Shown here one piece after another: positions 11,712 to 24,488 of a stretch of 64,000 nucleotides of DNA (position 1 is the stretch's first letter; each line of letters begins with the position of its first letter). Below the pieces are notes generated by a model. The model did not search any database. It saw only the letters and a list, made by a program, of their open reading frames with translations, and was not told the origin of the DNA. The DNA is taken from the NCBI GenBank assembly GCA_951406725.2, contig OX597817.1:3162001-3226000 (forward strand). The letters run 5' to 3'. The stretch is from Octopus vulgaris. Taxonomy: Eukaryota. A program made the translations under genes and the position numbers.

Positions 11712-12636
11712 CTTACTGTTCGAATATAGGTAGGAAAATAAAAAAAAGGACTCCAGCAACTAAGAGATAAATATCATTCGATATACGCAATTAGAAAAGA
11801 GATAGTAATAGTTTCATGCTTTTAAGAGACATTAAATTGTCAGATTTATATAACATATCATGTATCTATGAACAAACTTTCAGATTGATCATACATTAGA
11901 TATATGATATATTTAAAAGCCAGGACACTGGACTATGAGAAAACACAAAAAGAAATGGGAGGAAAAAAACGTGAAGAATGTTGATAGAGAAAGTGGAACG
12001 AGGAGAGAATGAGAAGAAAAGTAGGTAAATTGAGATCTTTGTCCTCTTTCACTGCAGAAACCATAATTAGTGCAGCTGGTGTAGAATAATAACAGTGGAA
12101 GGTGGCCAAGTCTGTGAGATATCTGCTCGGTCCGGCGTGGGTGATGTCCTTCAAGTTCGGCAAAAGAAACCTTTTCCGTGTGTTTGCATTTGCTAAAACT
12201 TTCGGATCTGAAATCATGTAGTGTGGTGGAATTCGAGGACCTGTGTGAAAAAAAACATACGTGAATGCATACGCAGAAGGACATTTAACCAGTACAAAAA
12301 ACTTTGCAACACCCCTGTTATACACCCGCACGAGTTCACCTACCAGAAGTCCAAGACAACGAACACATACCCATATAAATATGCACCTACGCATATTTGC
12401 ACAATGAACACACTACCATTCCCCCAGTAATATTACTAACATATAAAGAAGACTTTCAGAAAATTAGTCGTCCACAGAGAACTCAGGGAGAAATCTACTG
12501 AGTTGCAACGAAATCATTTGAAATATCTTACAATCAATAAATAACTGAACGACCCCCAAGGGTATGTTTTTACGGCTCTGCCAGAATACAGGAGCTGCTT
12601 CAGCACGGTTTTATTTCAATGATCATGCGAAACAAT

Positions 12637-12884
12637 CATACACACACACACACACACACATAAATACATACACACATAAATACATACATACATACATACA
12701 TACATACATACATACATACATACATACATACATACATACATACATACATACATACATACATACATACATACATACATACATACATACATACATACATACA
12801 TACATACACACATACATACATACATACATACATACATACATACATACATACACACACACATACATACATACATACATACATACA

Positions 12885-12918
<34 letters not shown>

Positions 12919-13793
12919 AATACATACACACATACATACATACATACATACATACATACATACATACATACATACATACATACATACATACATACATACA
13001 TACATACACATACATACATACATACATACATACATACATACATACATACATACATACATACATACATACATACATACATACAATACATACATACATACAT
13101 ACATACATACATACATACATACATACATACATACATACATACATACATACATACATACACACATACATACATACATACATACATACATACATACATACAC
13201 ACATACATACATACATACATACATACATACATACATACATACATACATACATACATACATACATACATACACACATACATACATACATACATACATACAT
13301 ACATACATACATACATACATACATACATACATACATACACATACATACATACATACATACATACATACATACATACATACATACACACATACATACATAC
13401 ATACATACATACATACATACATACATACATACATACATACATACATACATACATACATACATACATACATACACATACATACATACATACACATACATAC
13501 ATACATACATACATACATACATACATACATACATACATACATACATACATACATACATACATACATACATACATACATACATACATACATACATACATAC
13601 ATACATACATACATACATACATACATACATACATACATACATACATACATACATACATACATACATACATACATACATACATACATACATACATACATAC
13701 ATACATACATACATACATACATACATACACACATACATACATACATACATACATACATACATACATACATACATACATACATACATACATACA

Positions 13794-13831
<38 letters not shown>

Positions 13832-13990
13832 ACATACATACATACATACATACATACATACATACATACATACATACATACATACATACATACATACATA
13901 CATACATACATACATACATACATACATACATACATACATACATACGTACATACATACATACACACATAAATACATACATACATACATAAA
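12637..13990. repeat. ~1.35-kb (CATA)n microsatellite
   Basis: Directly visible; source of the 460-501 aa pseudo-ORFs. Confidence 0.97.
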
Positions 13991-14149
13991 ATAAACATTC
14001 ATGCGTGCATACATACATACATGCGTATATGTGTGTATGCTTGTGTGTACATGTATGTTTATGTATATATACAAGAATATATTATATACATACATAACTA
14101 ATGATGTACGCCGATACATATTACGCACCTACACACACACACACACACA

Positions 14150-14862
14150 TATGTATGTATGTCTGTATGTATGTATGTATGTATGTATGTATGTATGTAT
14201 GTATGTATGTGTGTATGTATGTATGTATGTATGTATGTGTGTATGTATGTATGTATGTATGTATTTATATATGTATGTATGTATGTATGTATGTGTGTAT
14301 GTATGTATGTATGTATTTATATATGTATGTATGTATGTATGTATGTGTGTATGTATGTATGTATGTGTGTATGTATGTATGTATGTATGTATGTATGTAT
14401 GTATGTATGTATTTATATATGTATGTATGTATGTATGTATGTGTGTATGTATGTATGTATGTATATATGTATGTATGTATGTATGTGTGTATGTATGTAT
14501 GTATGTATGTGTATGTATGTATGTATGTATGTATGTATGTATGTATGTATGTATGTATGTATGTATGTATGTGTGTATGTATGTATGTATGTATGTATGT
14601 ATGTATGTATTTATATGTATGTATGTATGTATGTATGTGTGTATGTATGTATGTATGTATGTGTGTATGTATGTATGTATGTATGTATGTATGTATGTAT
14701 TTATGTATGTATGTATGTATGTATGTATGTATGTATGTATGTATGTGTGTATGTATGTATGTATGTATGTATGTATGTATGTATGTATTTATATATGTAT
14801 GTATGTATGTATGTGTGTATGTATGTATGTATGTATGTATGTATGTGTGTATGTATGTATAC
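14150..14862. repeat. ~0.7-kb (TATG)n microsatellite, inverted relative to 12637-13990
   Basis: Directly visible. Confidence 0.97.
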
Positions 14863-15432
14863 ATCCATAAACATATATATGTACATGCCTCTGCGCGCGC
14901 GCGCGTGTGTGTGTATTTATGTAGATATACGCACATTTACATGTATGTAAGTGTGTATTTGTACATGAAAACAGCAGCTTTCGAGGTCGGATTAAAAAAA
15001 GAACTATGCTGTTAGCATATTATGTTTTCATTAGTTAGTAAACTAGTTTAGCAGTCAACCTTGTTATATTACTAACCGATGTTATATAAGAAATGTATTC
15101 AGCACGTAGCGTCTAAACCATTCGTAACTTAATAGCGGGACGAGGGTTGCGAGTAATATATTGATAGAGTTTAACTGCTATAAAACCTCAGTAAACAGAC
15201 TAAATATTTTTAACGAAAGTAGACTAACACGAATGCCATATATCACTCTCAGTCTCTCTTGCTTTCTTGGCAGGCAAAACGCAGAAAAATATTGCAGTTA
15301 CTCTGTAAAAGCTAACAAAACTTAAAGAATGAGTTTGAAGAAATTAACTTAAATTATCGTAAAATTGTGGAAGATGTATATCTAATAAAGAATATTTCAG
15401 TAAAAAAAAATATATTTATATATTTATATATT

Positions 15433-16389
15433 TAATTCTTTATTGCCCACAAGGGGCTAAGCATAGAGGGGACAAACAAAGGGACTAAGTCAAATTCATC
15501 GACCCCAGTGCGTAACTGGTACTTATTTAATCAACCCCGAAAGGATGAAAGGCAAAGTCGACCTCGGCAGAATTTGAATTCAGAACGTAGCGGCAGATGA
15601 AATACCTATTTCTTTACTACCCACAAGGGGCTAAACACAGAGGGGACAAACAAGGACAGACAAAGGGATTAAGTCGATTATATCGACCCCAGTGCGTAAC
15701 TGGTACTTATTTAATCGACCCCGAAAGGATGAAAGGCAAAGTCGACCTCGGCAGAATTTGAATTCAGAACGTAGCGGCAGATGAAATACCTATTTCTTTA
15801 CTACCCACAAGGGGCTAAACACAGAGGGGACAAACAAGGACAGACAAAGGGATTAAGTCGATTATATCGACCCCAGTGCGTAACTGGTACTTATTTAATC
15901 GACCCCGAAAGGATGAAAGGCAAAGTCGACCTCGGCGGAATTTGAATTCAGAACGTAGCGGCAGATGAAATACCTATTTCTTTACTATCCACAAGGGGCT
16001 AAACACAGAGGGGACAAACAAGGACAGACAAAGGGATTAAGTCGATTATATCGACCCCAGTGCGTAACTGGTACTTATTTAATCGAACCCGAAAGGATGA
16101 AAGGCAAAGTCGACCTCGGCAGAATTTGAATTCAGAACGTAGCGGCAGATGAAATACCTATTTCTTTACTACCCACAAGGGGCTAAACACAGAGGGGACA
16201 AACAAGGACAGACAAAGGGATTAAGTCGATTATATCGACCCCAGTGCGTAACTGGTACTTATTTAATCGACCTCGAAAGGATGAAAGGCAAAGTCAACCT
16301 CGGCGGAATTTGAACACAGAAGGTAGCGGCAGATGAAATACCACTAAGCATTTCGCCCGGTGTGCTAACGATTCTGCCAACTCGTCACC
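15433..16389 (-). mobile_element. Nin/Deu-type SINE with one 5' head and five tandem copies of a 184-bp 3' unit
   Basis: ATGAAATACC recurs at 15597, 15781, 15965, 16149 and 16333 (period 184). Only the last copy continues into the tRNA-like head (16342-16389). Confidence 0.92.
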
Positions 16390-16559
16390 TTATATATTGA
16401 CGGTTATTATTTCAATTAATTATAATATACTAAATTGTAACAACAACATATCAAAAACTGCAAGAGAATGCACACAAATTTGAACAAGGCATGGATTGAT
16501 TACTGTAAAGCTTATGACATGATACCACACTCTCGGATAACAAGAACGACAGAAATGTA

Positions 16560-17940
16560 TAAAGTTGCAGAAAACACGCGATGTCTTATATAGAACCGTA
16601 TGAAATGTCAGAGAACTGAATTGACAGCAGGTCATCAGGTGTTAGGAGATGTGAAAATTAGGAGAGGAATATTCCAGGGGAAGATGCATTCCCACTGATA
16701 TTTTTACTGGAAATGATTCCCTTGAGTGATATACTACGGAAGCAAAGTTGGTTTATGATCTAGGAAGTGGTAAAAGAAAGCTTAATCATTTGCTATTTAG
16801 TTGTTCATAAAAAAAAAACCAGGCAGAATTGGATTTTCTCGAATGATATTAAGATGGAGTTTGTACTTTCAAAATGTGCTGTGACGGTAATGAGACGAGA
16901 AATGTTTGTAAGAGCAGGTATATGTCAAGAAGTGAAATGATGAAGGTAATTGAACCTGTATCCGGATATAAATATTGGGAAATACTTGAGGTAAATGGAA
17001 TTTTGCATAATGATATAAAAGAAAAGACAGAGTGTATGCGGCGAGTGATAAAGACATTGGATTCAAAGTTGAATGTCAGAAACATAATCTTGGCAATAAA
17101 CTCGTGCGCACTCTCAGTGGTTCGGTATGGAACTGGAATTCTGAAGTGGACAGGGAATGAGTTAAAGGAGTCGGACAGGAAAACAAGAAAGCTCTTACCC
17201 AAGCATGGAGCCCATCATTCACATGCAGAAACTGATCGCTTACGCGTGAAGAAAGCAAATAGAGGAAGGAGAGTGATAAGTGTGGAAGACTGCGTGCATA
17301 TTTTACATGGGAACTTGCTGAGATATCTAACGAAATGTGTGGAAACCTTCTAAGTAAAAGTTTGAGATGAGGGCATATTGAAAACAGGAACAAAGAGAAG
17401 AACAAAACAAGAAGTACCAGAAGGCCACGAAGAAGTACTACGCAATAATAGACTACACAGTCGATTCCAAGTAGTCATAAGTGAAATTGCTGGATAGCGT
17501 AGGTGGGACCGGTTGAAAAAACGGAACACTAAAAGAAGGAGACTAAGAGCACTATACTGGCATCGCTAGAATAAGCTTTGGTTACATATTGGAGGGGGGA
17601 CCAACCTTAGAAATTAGCTAGCGTCTTCATTGTGCCAAATCTTTAATAGATTTGACGAAAGCATTGCTCATATTGTGAAGGAGTGCCCTTGACTATCGCA
17701 AAACAAATATAAGCTGTGGCGACACGGTGAGGTAACGGAAGTGCTGCATCTAAAACTTGGTGAAATATGCGGGTTAGAGAGAGAGAAAGAGAGACAAGAC
17801 GTGGTATGGGTACAAGCCATAGAGAGTAGCTGAGTCGAAGACATTGAAAATCCCGCGGGATTTCCCAATCCAAGCGGACTTAGGAGTGGTGGACAAAATG
17901 AACTGCATGTGCTCTACAACTGATGTTGCGTGCCCCTTAC
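16560..17940 (+). mobile_element. Decayed R4/Dong-like non-LTR retrotransposon (RT C-terminal half and CCHC region)
   Basis: RRGIFQG at ~16660; YKYWEILE, SKLNVRNIILAINSCALSVVRYGTGILKW..ELKESDRKTRKLL and DRLRVKKANRGRRVISVEDC; C..(C)...HIVKECP near 17630-17700. Confidence 0.85.
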
Positions 17941-18087
17941 TAAAGAAACAATGGAGGTGACATTGTTGTTGCTTTTGTTGTTGCTTTTTGTTGTTGCTTT
18001 TTGTTGTCATTGTTCTCTTTTGTTATTCTTGTGATGGTAATATCAGTGTCGAAATTTTAGCAGCGGAAAATTAGCTTCATACTTTTC

Positions 18088-18175
18088 TTGTGTTGTTGTT
18101 GTTATTGCTGTTGTTGTCGTTGTTGTTGCTGTTGTTGCTGTTGTTGCTGCTGCTGCTGTTGCTGTTGTTGTTGTT

Positions 18176-18209
<34 letters not shown>

Positions 18210-18241
18210 CTGCTGCTGTTGTTGTTGTTGTTGTTGCTGCT

Positions 18242-18301
<60 letters not shown>

Positions 18302-18310
18302 GCTGCTGCT

Positions 18311-18372
<62 letters not shown>

Positions 18373-18430
18373 CGTCGTCGTCGTCGTCGTTGTTATTGTT
18401 GTTGTTGTTGCTGCTGCTGCTGCTGCTGTT
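18088..18430. repeat. (GTT/GCT/GTC)n trinucleotide tract
   Basis: Directly visible; produces the poly-L, poly-C and poly-T/A pseudo-ORFs. Confidence 0.95.
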
Positions 18431-18682
18431 ACCGCTGACTTTTGCAATTTCGCTGTTCAGTTCTGCGGATAGCTGGCTCTTCTTTTCAGCAGACGAACAA
18501 TCCTTGTCCGACGCCTTCCATTTTTAAAACAATAATTGAGGGTATATTTGCTAAACAAGCCCCAATTTAGATCTTAATTTAGATGGAGAAACCTAAGCAG
18601 CTCCCCAAGGTCCCGGTTTATCTATAAAACGATAATAAACGTTCAATGTATAACTTTGTGTAGAAATAGAAACAATTAATTA

Positions 18683-20150
18683 TTTTATTAGCCACAAGGG
18701 CTTACATAAAACAACATAAAATGAGGGCTTGGCCGAAGAGGAAAGTGTCCGTCTTCAGTCCTTTCAAGCGTGTCCACCACACTACCGCTTTCGCTACAGC
18801 TACCAGACAAATAAAAATTGTCTGCCCCTCCCGGCCTAGCATCTCAAATACCACCAACCGAGTGCCCCTCCCAGTCAAAGGAGGGAAGTGGGGTAATCTT
18901 CACTATGGATTCAGCAGATAGCCGGATCCCTACACGCGACAACAGATCTTTGACATACACCCACAAGTCAGCAATACACGGGCACTGAACGAGGGCGTGC
19001 AGAATGGTTACATCACTCTGCGCTCACCTCGAGCAGGGTCTGAAATTCTCTATAATGTTCCTCTTGTTTGGGTCCTTTCTCAGCAGTGCCACCGCCCCTC
19101 AACAGACAAAAGTGGGAATTCTCCCATTCTGCGGCCAGTTGCGGTAAATATCTTGTAAGAGGCCTCCAAACATCGAAATATATATCTCGTAAGGCAGACC
19201 ATCCAAACCCGGTGATCTGCCTCTCGTGCAGCTCTTCATCGCTTCCTGTACTTCTGCGGCTGTTATCGGGGAAATGTATATTGTCTGTGTTTATGGCTGT
19301 GAAGTTGGTAGAGCTTGTAGAATCTGTCTGTATTGTAATTTAAGCAGGTGTTTGAGGTGGTAGTGCTGGTGAAAGTGGTGTTGTCATTGTTGGTTGCAGT
19401 GTAAGTGTACTACTGCAGTTGGGAAGTTCACCTTATTTGCGCCTCCCCTTTTTTCTAATGGCTCTTGAGTCTCTTTTTTCTGCTTTTTTTGGTGGAGGGC
19501 ACTGTGTGCCATTCCCCCACAGGTGGATTTCCTCTCCACCCTCACTTGCCTTTTCAAGTGAAATTTTAAAAAGTTGATGAGGGCTCAGCCAAAGAGAAAA
19601 GTGTCTGTCTTTAGCCCTTTCAAATGTGTTCACCACACTACCTCTTTTGGTAGTCACCAGACAAATGAAAATTGCCTGCTCTCCCGGCTAAAGGAGGGTG
19701 GCGGGGAAATCCTCACTATGGATTCAGCTGATAGCTGGATCCGTCCAAAACGCGACAGCAGGTATTCAACATAAACCCATCGGTCAACAAAGCTTGAGCA
19801 CTCAACGAGGGCATGCAGAACGATTTCCCCGCTCTGTGAGCACTTTGGGCAGGCACGGCTGACGGCACTTTCTTGCCTGTAAAATCTATCTCGAACGGGC
19901 AGCGCCCCTCAGTAGCAATGCTAGGCGAGAGATTTCTGGAAGTTATCCATAGGCCTCGGCTCGAAAGTTTTCCGAAACAGACCGTGACTTGATCTTCGTC
20001 GGCGCCCAGAATTTCCCCGAGAACGCCGTCGCACTTTTCCTCCACTAACCCTCTATAGAACGCTAGAGTGGAACTACCACCGACCGCCTGGCGGAGAGCT
20101 GTGAGTATTTGACGGCGCTCCTCCTCGGTCTACGCCTAATCCAGGATTGC
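18683..20150 (-). mobile_element. Two tandem, heavily deleted L1/Tx1-clade LINE fragments
   Basis: Minus-strand peptides GALPVRDRFYRQESAVSRACPKCSQSGEIVLHALVECS (zf-RVT/CCHC), RPCSR*AQSDVTILHALVQCP and RT-start GRSPGLDGLPYEIY. The 3' block 18721-19010 is repeated at 19577-19830. Confidence 0.8.
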
Positions 20151-20173
20151 AGCTTAGTCAAAGAGACGAGCTA

Positions 20174-20241
<68 letters not shown>
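20174..20241. repeat. (AAT)n microsatellite
   Basis: Directly visible. Confidence 0.95.
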
Positions 20242-20242
<1 letters not shown>

Positions 20243-21078
20243 TCATTCTGTTATTTGCTTATTATTTAGTTAGGTATGTAACAGTTACTAAAGTACAAAA
20301 AGAAAGCAACTATTAAAGGCTCGACTGTCTGGAAATTTTTTTATACATTCATGTTCCAGGAAATTTCCTGTAATTTCGATTTCTGAAGTTTATTGAATTT
20401 TTTAATCCAATTTTTCACAAATTTAAATATTCGTTGCATTCACTGAATAGTAGATTTTAATGTTTAATAATAAACAATATTAATTCGTTGCAGGTGATAG
20501 TTTCCGTTTTCATTTGCAACGCTCTCTCACTCTCTCTCGCCTCTATTTTCGTTAATGATAATTTAATATATATTCATTTCAATGCTTTCCTTTCAAAAAA
20601 TACAGTTTAATAAGTAATGTTAAAAATTGTTTATTGAATTAATGCCTGCTATTAGGCAAAATAGCTGTAGAACTTTGACACGAGGCACAATTTCAGGAAT
20701 ATTATGAGTTTCCGGAGTTTGTTAAATGAATATTTTTGATAAGATGAAAATTTTTTAATATACCGCTATAATTTTTTTTAAATTAAGAAGTGATTTTGTT
20801 GGTATGGCTGCTTGGAACGCTATAAATCTTATAATAATAAGTATGTGGTCACTGCTATTTCTTGCACACTAAACAAGATAGTTTTTAACGAGCTTTTACA
20901 GATACGAGGTTTTCATTTCATGTTTATTTCATTCATTCTTTACAATGTTCTCTCTCTTCCTCTTTCATTCTCCACCCCCCTCTCTCTCACACACACTGTC
21001 TCTCTAATATAAACACACACACTCCGGGTTTCATTTCGTAATTACACAAATGTCACATTAGAATTTTGAAAATTCCAC

Positions 21079-23351
21079 ATGGGGTGTCCCAAAAATATGC
21101 GACTGAAAAAGAACATTTAGTAGCAAAAGCACGGCGGCAGAGAGAAAGATGGGCAAGTGAATCAAATGAAACCAGGGCAAAGCGACTGAAACAGATGCCT
21201 GGATATGCACGGAGACGTAGACATGGTTCTGCTTCCGCTACACATAACCGATAGGTTAGGCTATCTCGAGAGGAGAATATTCTACTGCAAAATAAGACAC
21301 TGAGTTAGCTTTCACCGTCTGTACTGTTCAGTTGCCTATTGATAATCAGTATAAAAAGGGAAGCCTTCCAAACTTCAGTGAGATACAAACAGAAACACCA
21401 GTGACAATAAATAGGGTGCTAAGAGATGAAACCGAATATTTACAGCAGGAATACAGACGACAAAATTTTCAAACTAGGAAGAATTCTGTTAAAGGATTAG
21501 CAATGAAAGCCAGTTTCGATAATTTTCAAGAAAAGGACGTCCTGTCAATTGTACAGTCACATAATGCAGGGAGTCTCTTTGACAATGTTTGTTCATACTG
21601 CAAATCTTACAGGTGGGCTGCTGAATTGAAATCTCTATGTTGCTTTGAGGGGAAGGTATAACTTGACAAACTGCTCCCCAGTCCACCAAATATTCTTAAA
21701 TACTTCGATGTTACACAAAAAGGAAACCGCTTCCTTGAAAATATACTTCCATTTAACAATGCACTGTATTGGTTTCTCTGGGTTGCAGAGAAATCAGAGC
21801 CTGCCTCGGGATTTAGTCCTACATTTAATGTGCAGGGATCGCTACTTCTCAATGACAACAATCCAAAAAACATTCTCAAATCTACTTCTATGATACAGGT
21901 AACGAACTTGAGAATCGTTTGCATCATAGAAACTTAAACAGTGAGATTTTGAAAGCAATACAGGATGACTTGCACCAATGCAATGCATATATACGGAGCG
22001 TTAGAGCAGCCATTAAAACTGAAACTTTAAAGGATTTTGATACTGTTCTACACGCTGACAAGAATAACAAACCCTCTAATTCACATTGTCGAATTTACAA
22101 TCTTCCAATAGATTCAGGAATTGCTGCTATTTTGTCATGGGAAGGTACTAGCCACTTGGATGTTATTGTTCACAAAGGAGACGGTAGTCTACAAAGAATC
22201 CATCAGTTGCATCGATCATGTGATCCTCTACATTATGTACTGCTATTTCCCTGATGGGAGGATGGATTTCAGACAGGTTTGAAAAGGGGAGATAATCACT
22301 AACTTTTTGTCACTGACTTCTAATGTTATCGTTTTCAAGTAAGAGAAAGTGACTTCAACACTGTGATGAAAAGCAGGCAACTAATGCAACAATATGTTCT
22401 AGATGCTCAGGAGCTAAAAGAGAGATCAGTCGTTTGACTTGGGCCAAAAATAAACTATCCATTATACGAATAGAAACATATTAGGGTTTATATGATGCAA
22501 TAAGTAGAAATGATGCAATTAATGCAGGTAGACGAGTTGTTCTTCCTCCCTCAATTTATGGTTCTCCCGATTTTATAATGAGTGCTTCCAGAATCCAATG
22601 ACTGTGGTTCGACACACGGGAAAACCTACTTATTTAATTACAATTACAACTAATCCTAAATGGGATGAAATAACAAAAAAACAGTCTGAATCCTGGTGAG
22701 GTACCTAGAGACCGTCCAGATATTTGTGCAAGAGCTTTCACGATAAAATATGACTGTATCGTGGATGACCTACTCAAGTATATTGTACTCGGCAAAGTGA
22801 TTGCTCACTCTGCTACCACTGAATGGCAAAACGAAGCCTCACTCACGCTCGCCATTGATCAAGTAGTGCGCTGTGAGACCCCTGATAAAGAGATCAACCC
22901 AACACTGCATACAATCATCACATCCTACAATATGTATGGTCAATGTAGTTAGGCTAATATGCTTTCTTCATGCATTGAAGGTATGGGAGCAAATTGCCAT
23001 TGCGCAAAGTGTTATCCCAAGCCATTTCAACAAACATTAGTGGCTGAAAATTCTTTTCCCTCTTATATAAGAATTTCTTGCTGTGGCTATTTGATACGCT
23101 ATAGGTATTAAAATATCTCTATGTGATCGCTGCTATGTTTTGCACACTAAACGTAGTTGGACTACCTTGATGTTTGTTTAGAAAAGAGAGATTATGACTG
23201 TAATAAAATAATGAAAGCAATATTTACTAAGCAAGTGATCACTAATATACAAAGAAATAATTAGACGTAAAATATCATAAAAATTATGAGAATTTGAAAA
23301 TATTATCTAGTAGCTAGCAGGAAACCGCCCGGAAGGAGATATTTCTGCTAG
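21079..23351 (+). mobile_element. Helitron RepHel pseudogene (Rep/HUH part; helicase missing) with candidate CTAG 3' end
   Basis: CSYCKSYRW..E...CCFEGKV zinc motif, LQIYFYD, HRSCDPLHYVLLFP, LMQQYVLD, GRRVVLPPSIYGSP, GKPTYLITITTNPKW.EI, DRPDICARAF, EWQ and CAKCYPKPF. Multiple stops and frameshifts. CTGCTAG|T at 23345-23352. Confidence 0.9.
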
Positions 23352-23439
23352 TGATAATATTAATGTAATACCACACACTGTCTCACATGATTTCTGATCT
23401 TAACTGATTGGAAATGTTAGCATGTACATAATATGTACA

Positions 23440-23527
23440 TACATACAACGCCCGGTCTGGGAATCGAAACCGCAATCCTCCAACCGCGAGTCCACTGCCC
23501 TAACCATTGGGCCATTGCGCCTCCACT
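23440..23527 (-). mobile_element. tRNA-derived SINE head (truncated)
   Basis: Minus strand TGGAGGCGCAATGGCCCAATGGTTAGGGC...GGTTTCGATTCCC (A and B boxes); related to 27586-27888. Confidence 0.7.
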
Positions 23528-23935
23528 ACGGCTGCTGCTGAAATCTACGCTGGAATGGCAACTTGTGCTCTCTTCCTTTTCACGTTTACAAGCTGTTTCG
23601 TTCGCGTCAGGCATGCCTCTTTGTTGTACTACGGCAATCCCAGCAAACAATTACCTAACCATGGAGTCGCTCCGACCGCTCACTTATTCATCGTCGATAG
23701 TTTTGTTGTTACTGTCGTTGCTGTTGCTGATTTTGCTGCTGCTGAAACTACTTCTAGCCTTGTTTTTGTTGTTGTTGCTGCCGAGAAGACTTTGAAAATA
23801 TCTAAAGGTAAATTTTTCGTTAGGCGTGCCGTTCAGAAAGTCCCACGGACTGCAGTTTGCCCATTACTGATTTACTAGCAAATTCCAAGAATTTAGATAA
23901 ATTTTGTTATATCACTCTTTGGACTTACTAGACAC

Positions 23936-24000
23936 GGTGACGTCACCTAAACATGGATGCCTTCTAACACGTTTCGTGAATGAAGTTGTTTATTATTGGC
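23936..24000. promoter_or_regulatory. Candidate Pol II promoter elements: extended CRE palindrome GGTGACGTCACC and inverted CCAAT box
   Basis: GGTGACGTCACC at 23936-23947 and ATTGG at 23995-23999, in non-repetitive CpG-containing sequence at the CpG-rich/CpG-poor boundary. No transcript evidence. Confidence 0.4.
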
Positions 24001-24488
24001 TAGAAACAAGTAAGACATTTACACTGAAACAATTGACTGTCTGCCTTACAAGTGGTAAATACCTTTTCATTGGGATGTTGTGCAAGGCACTGGTATAAGC
24101 TACGTAATTCGATAGTATTTAATACTTTCTAGGAAGATATTTCGTTGATTAAAACGTCTAAGTTAGGCAACAAGCAAGTATATCAGTAGGCAGGTAGATG
24201 AATTTGTTTGCTAGTTTCGGCGCCGTCAACAACTTCCCCTTCTCATCCTCCTTCTCCACTTCTCTCTTACTATTGTCTTTAACAATATGAACTTATATTC
24301 ATAAGAAGGAATCATTAGGCTCAATAATATTCTTGGTCAATCAATTAACTTTTGATTAAATAAACTCATCAGCAGATCAATAAACTGTTACTCTCATGAG
24401 AAAAACGATATTAAGAAAACTGGAGTCCAGGTACGCCTGCTGACAACTCAAGAGAGACATGTTCTACAGAATATATTTTATAATAGTC

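Noticed and set aside
12564-15015. ORFs of 220-500 aa (YIHT/MYVC repeats) and similar ORFs at 2.0-2.4, 9.1-9.4, 10.9-11.6, 33.8-34.5 and 61.9-62.2 kb
   Set aside because: These are translations of stop-free microsatellites, open in several frames on both strands.
15433-16389. Regular array resembling a CRISPR locus
   Set aside because: The units are 184-bp full repeats with no unique spacers, they derive from a SINE, the context is eukaryotic, and there are no cas genes.
18043-18527. Poly-Cys, poly-Leu and poly-Thr/Ala ORFs suggestive of mucin- or antifreeze-like proteins
   Set aside because: A trinucleotide microsatellite; no signal peptide or supporting gene structure.
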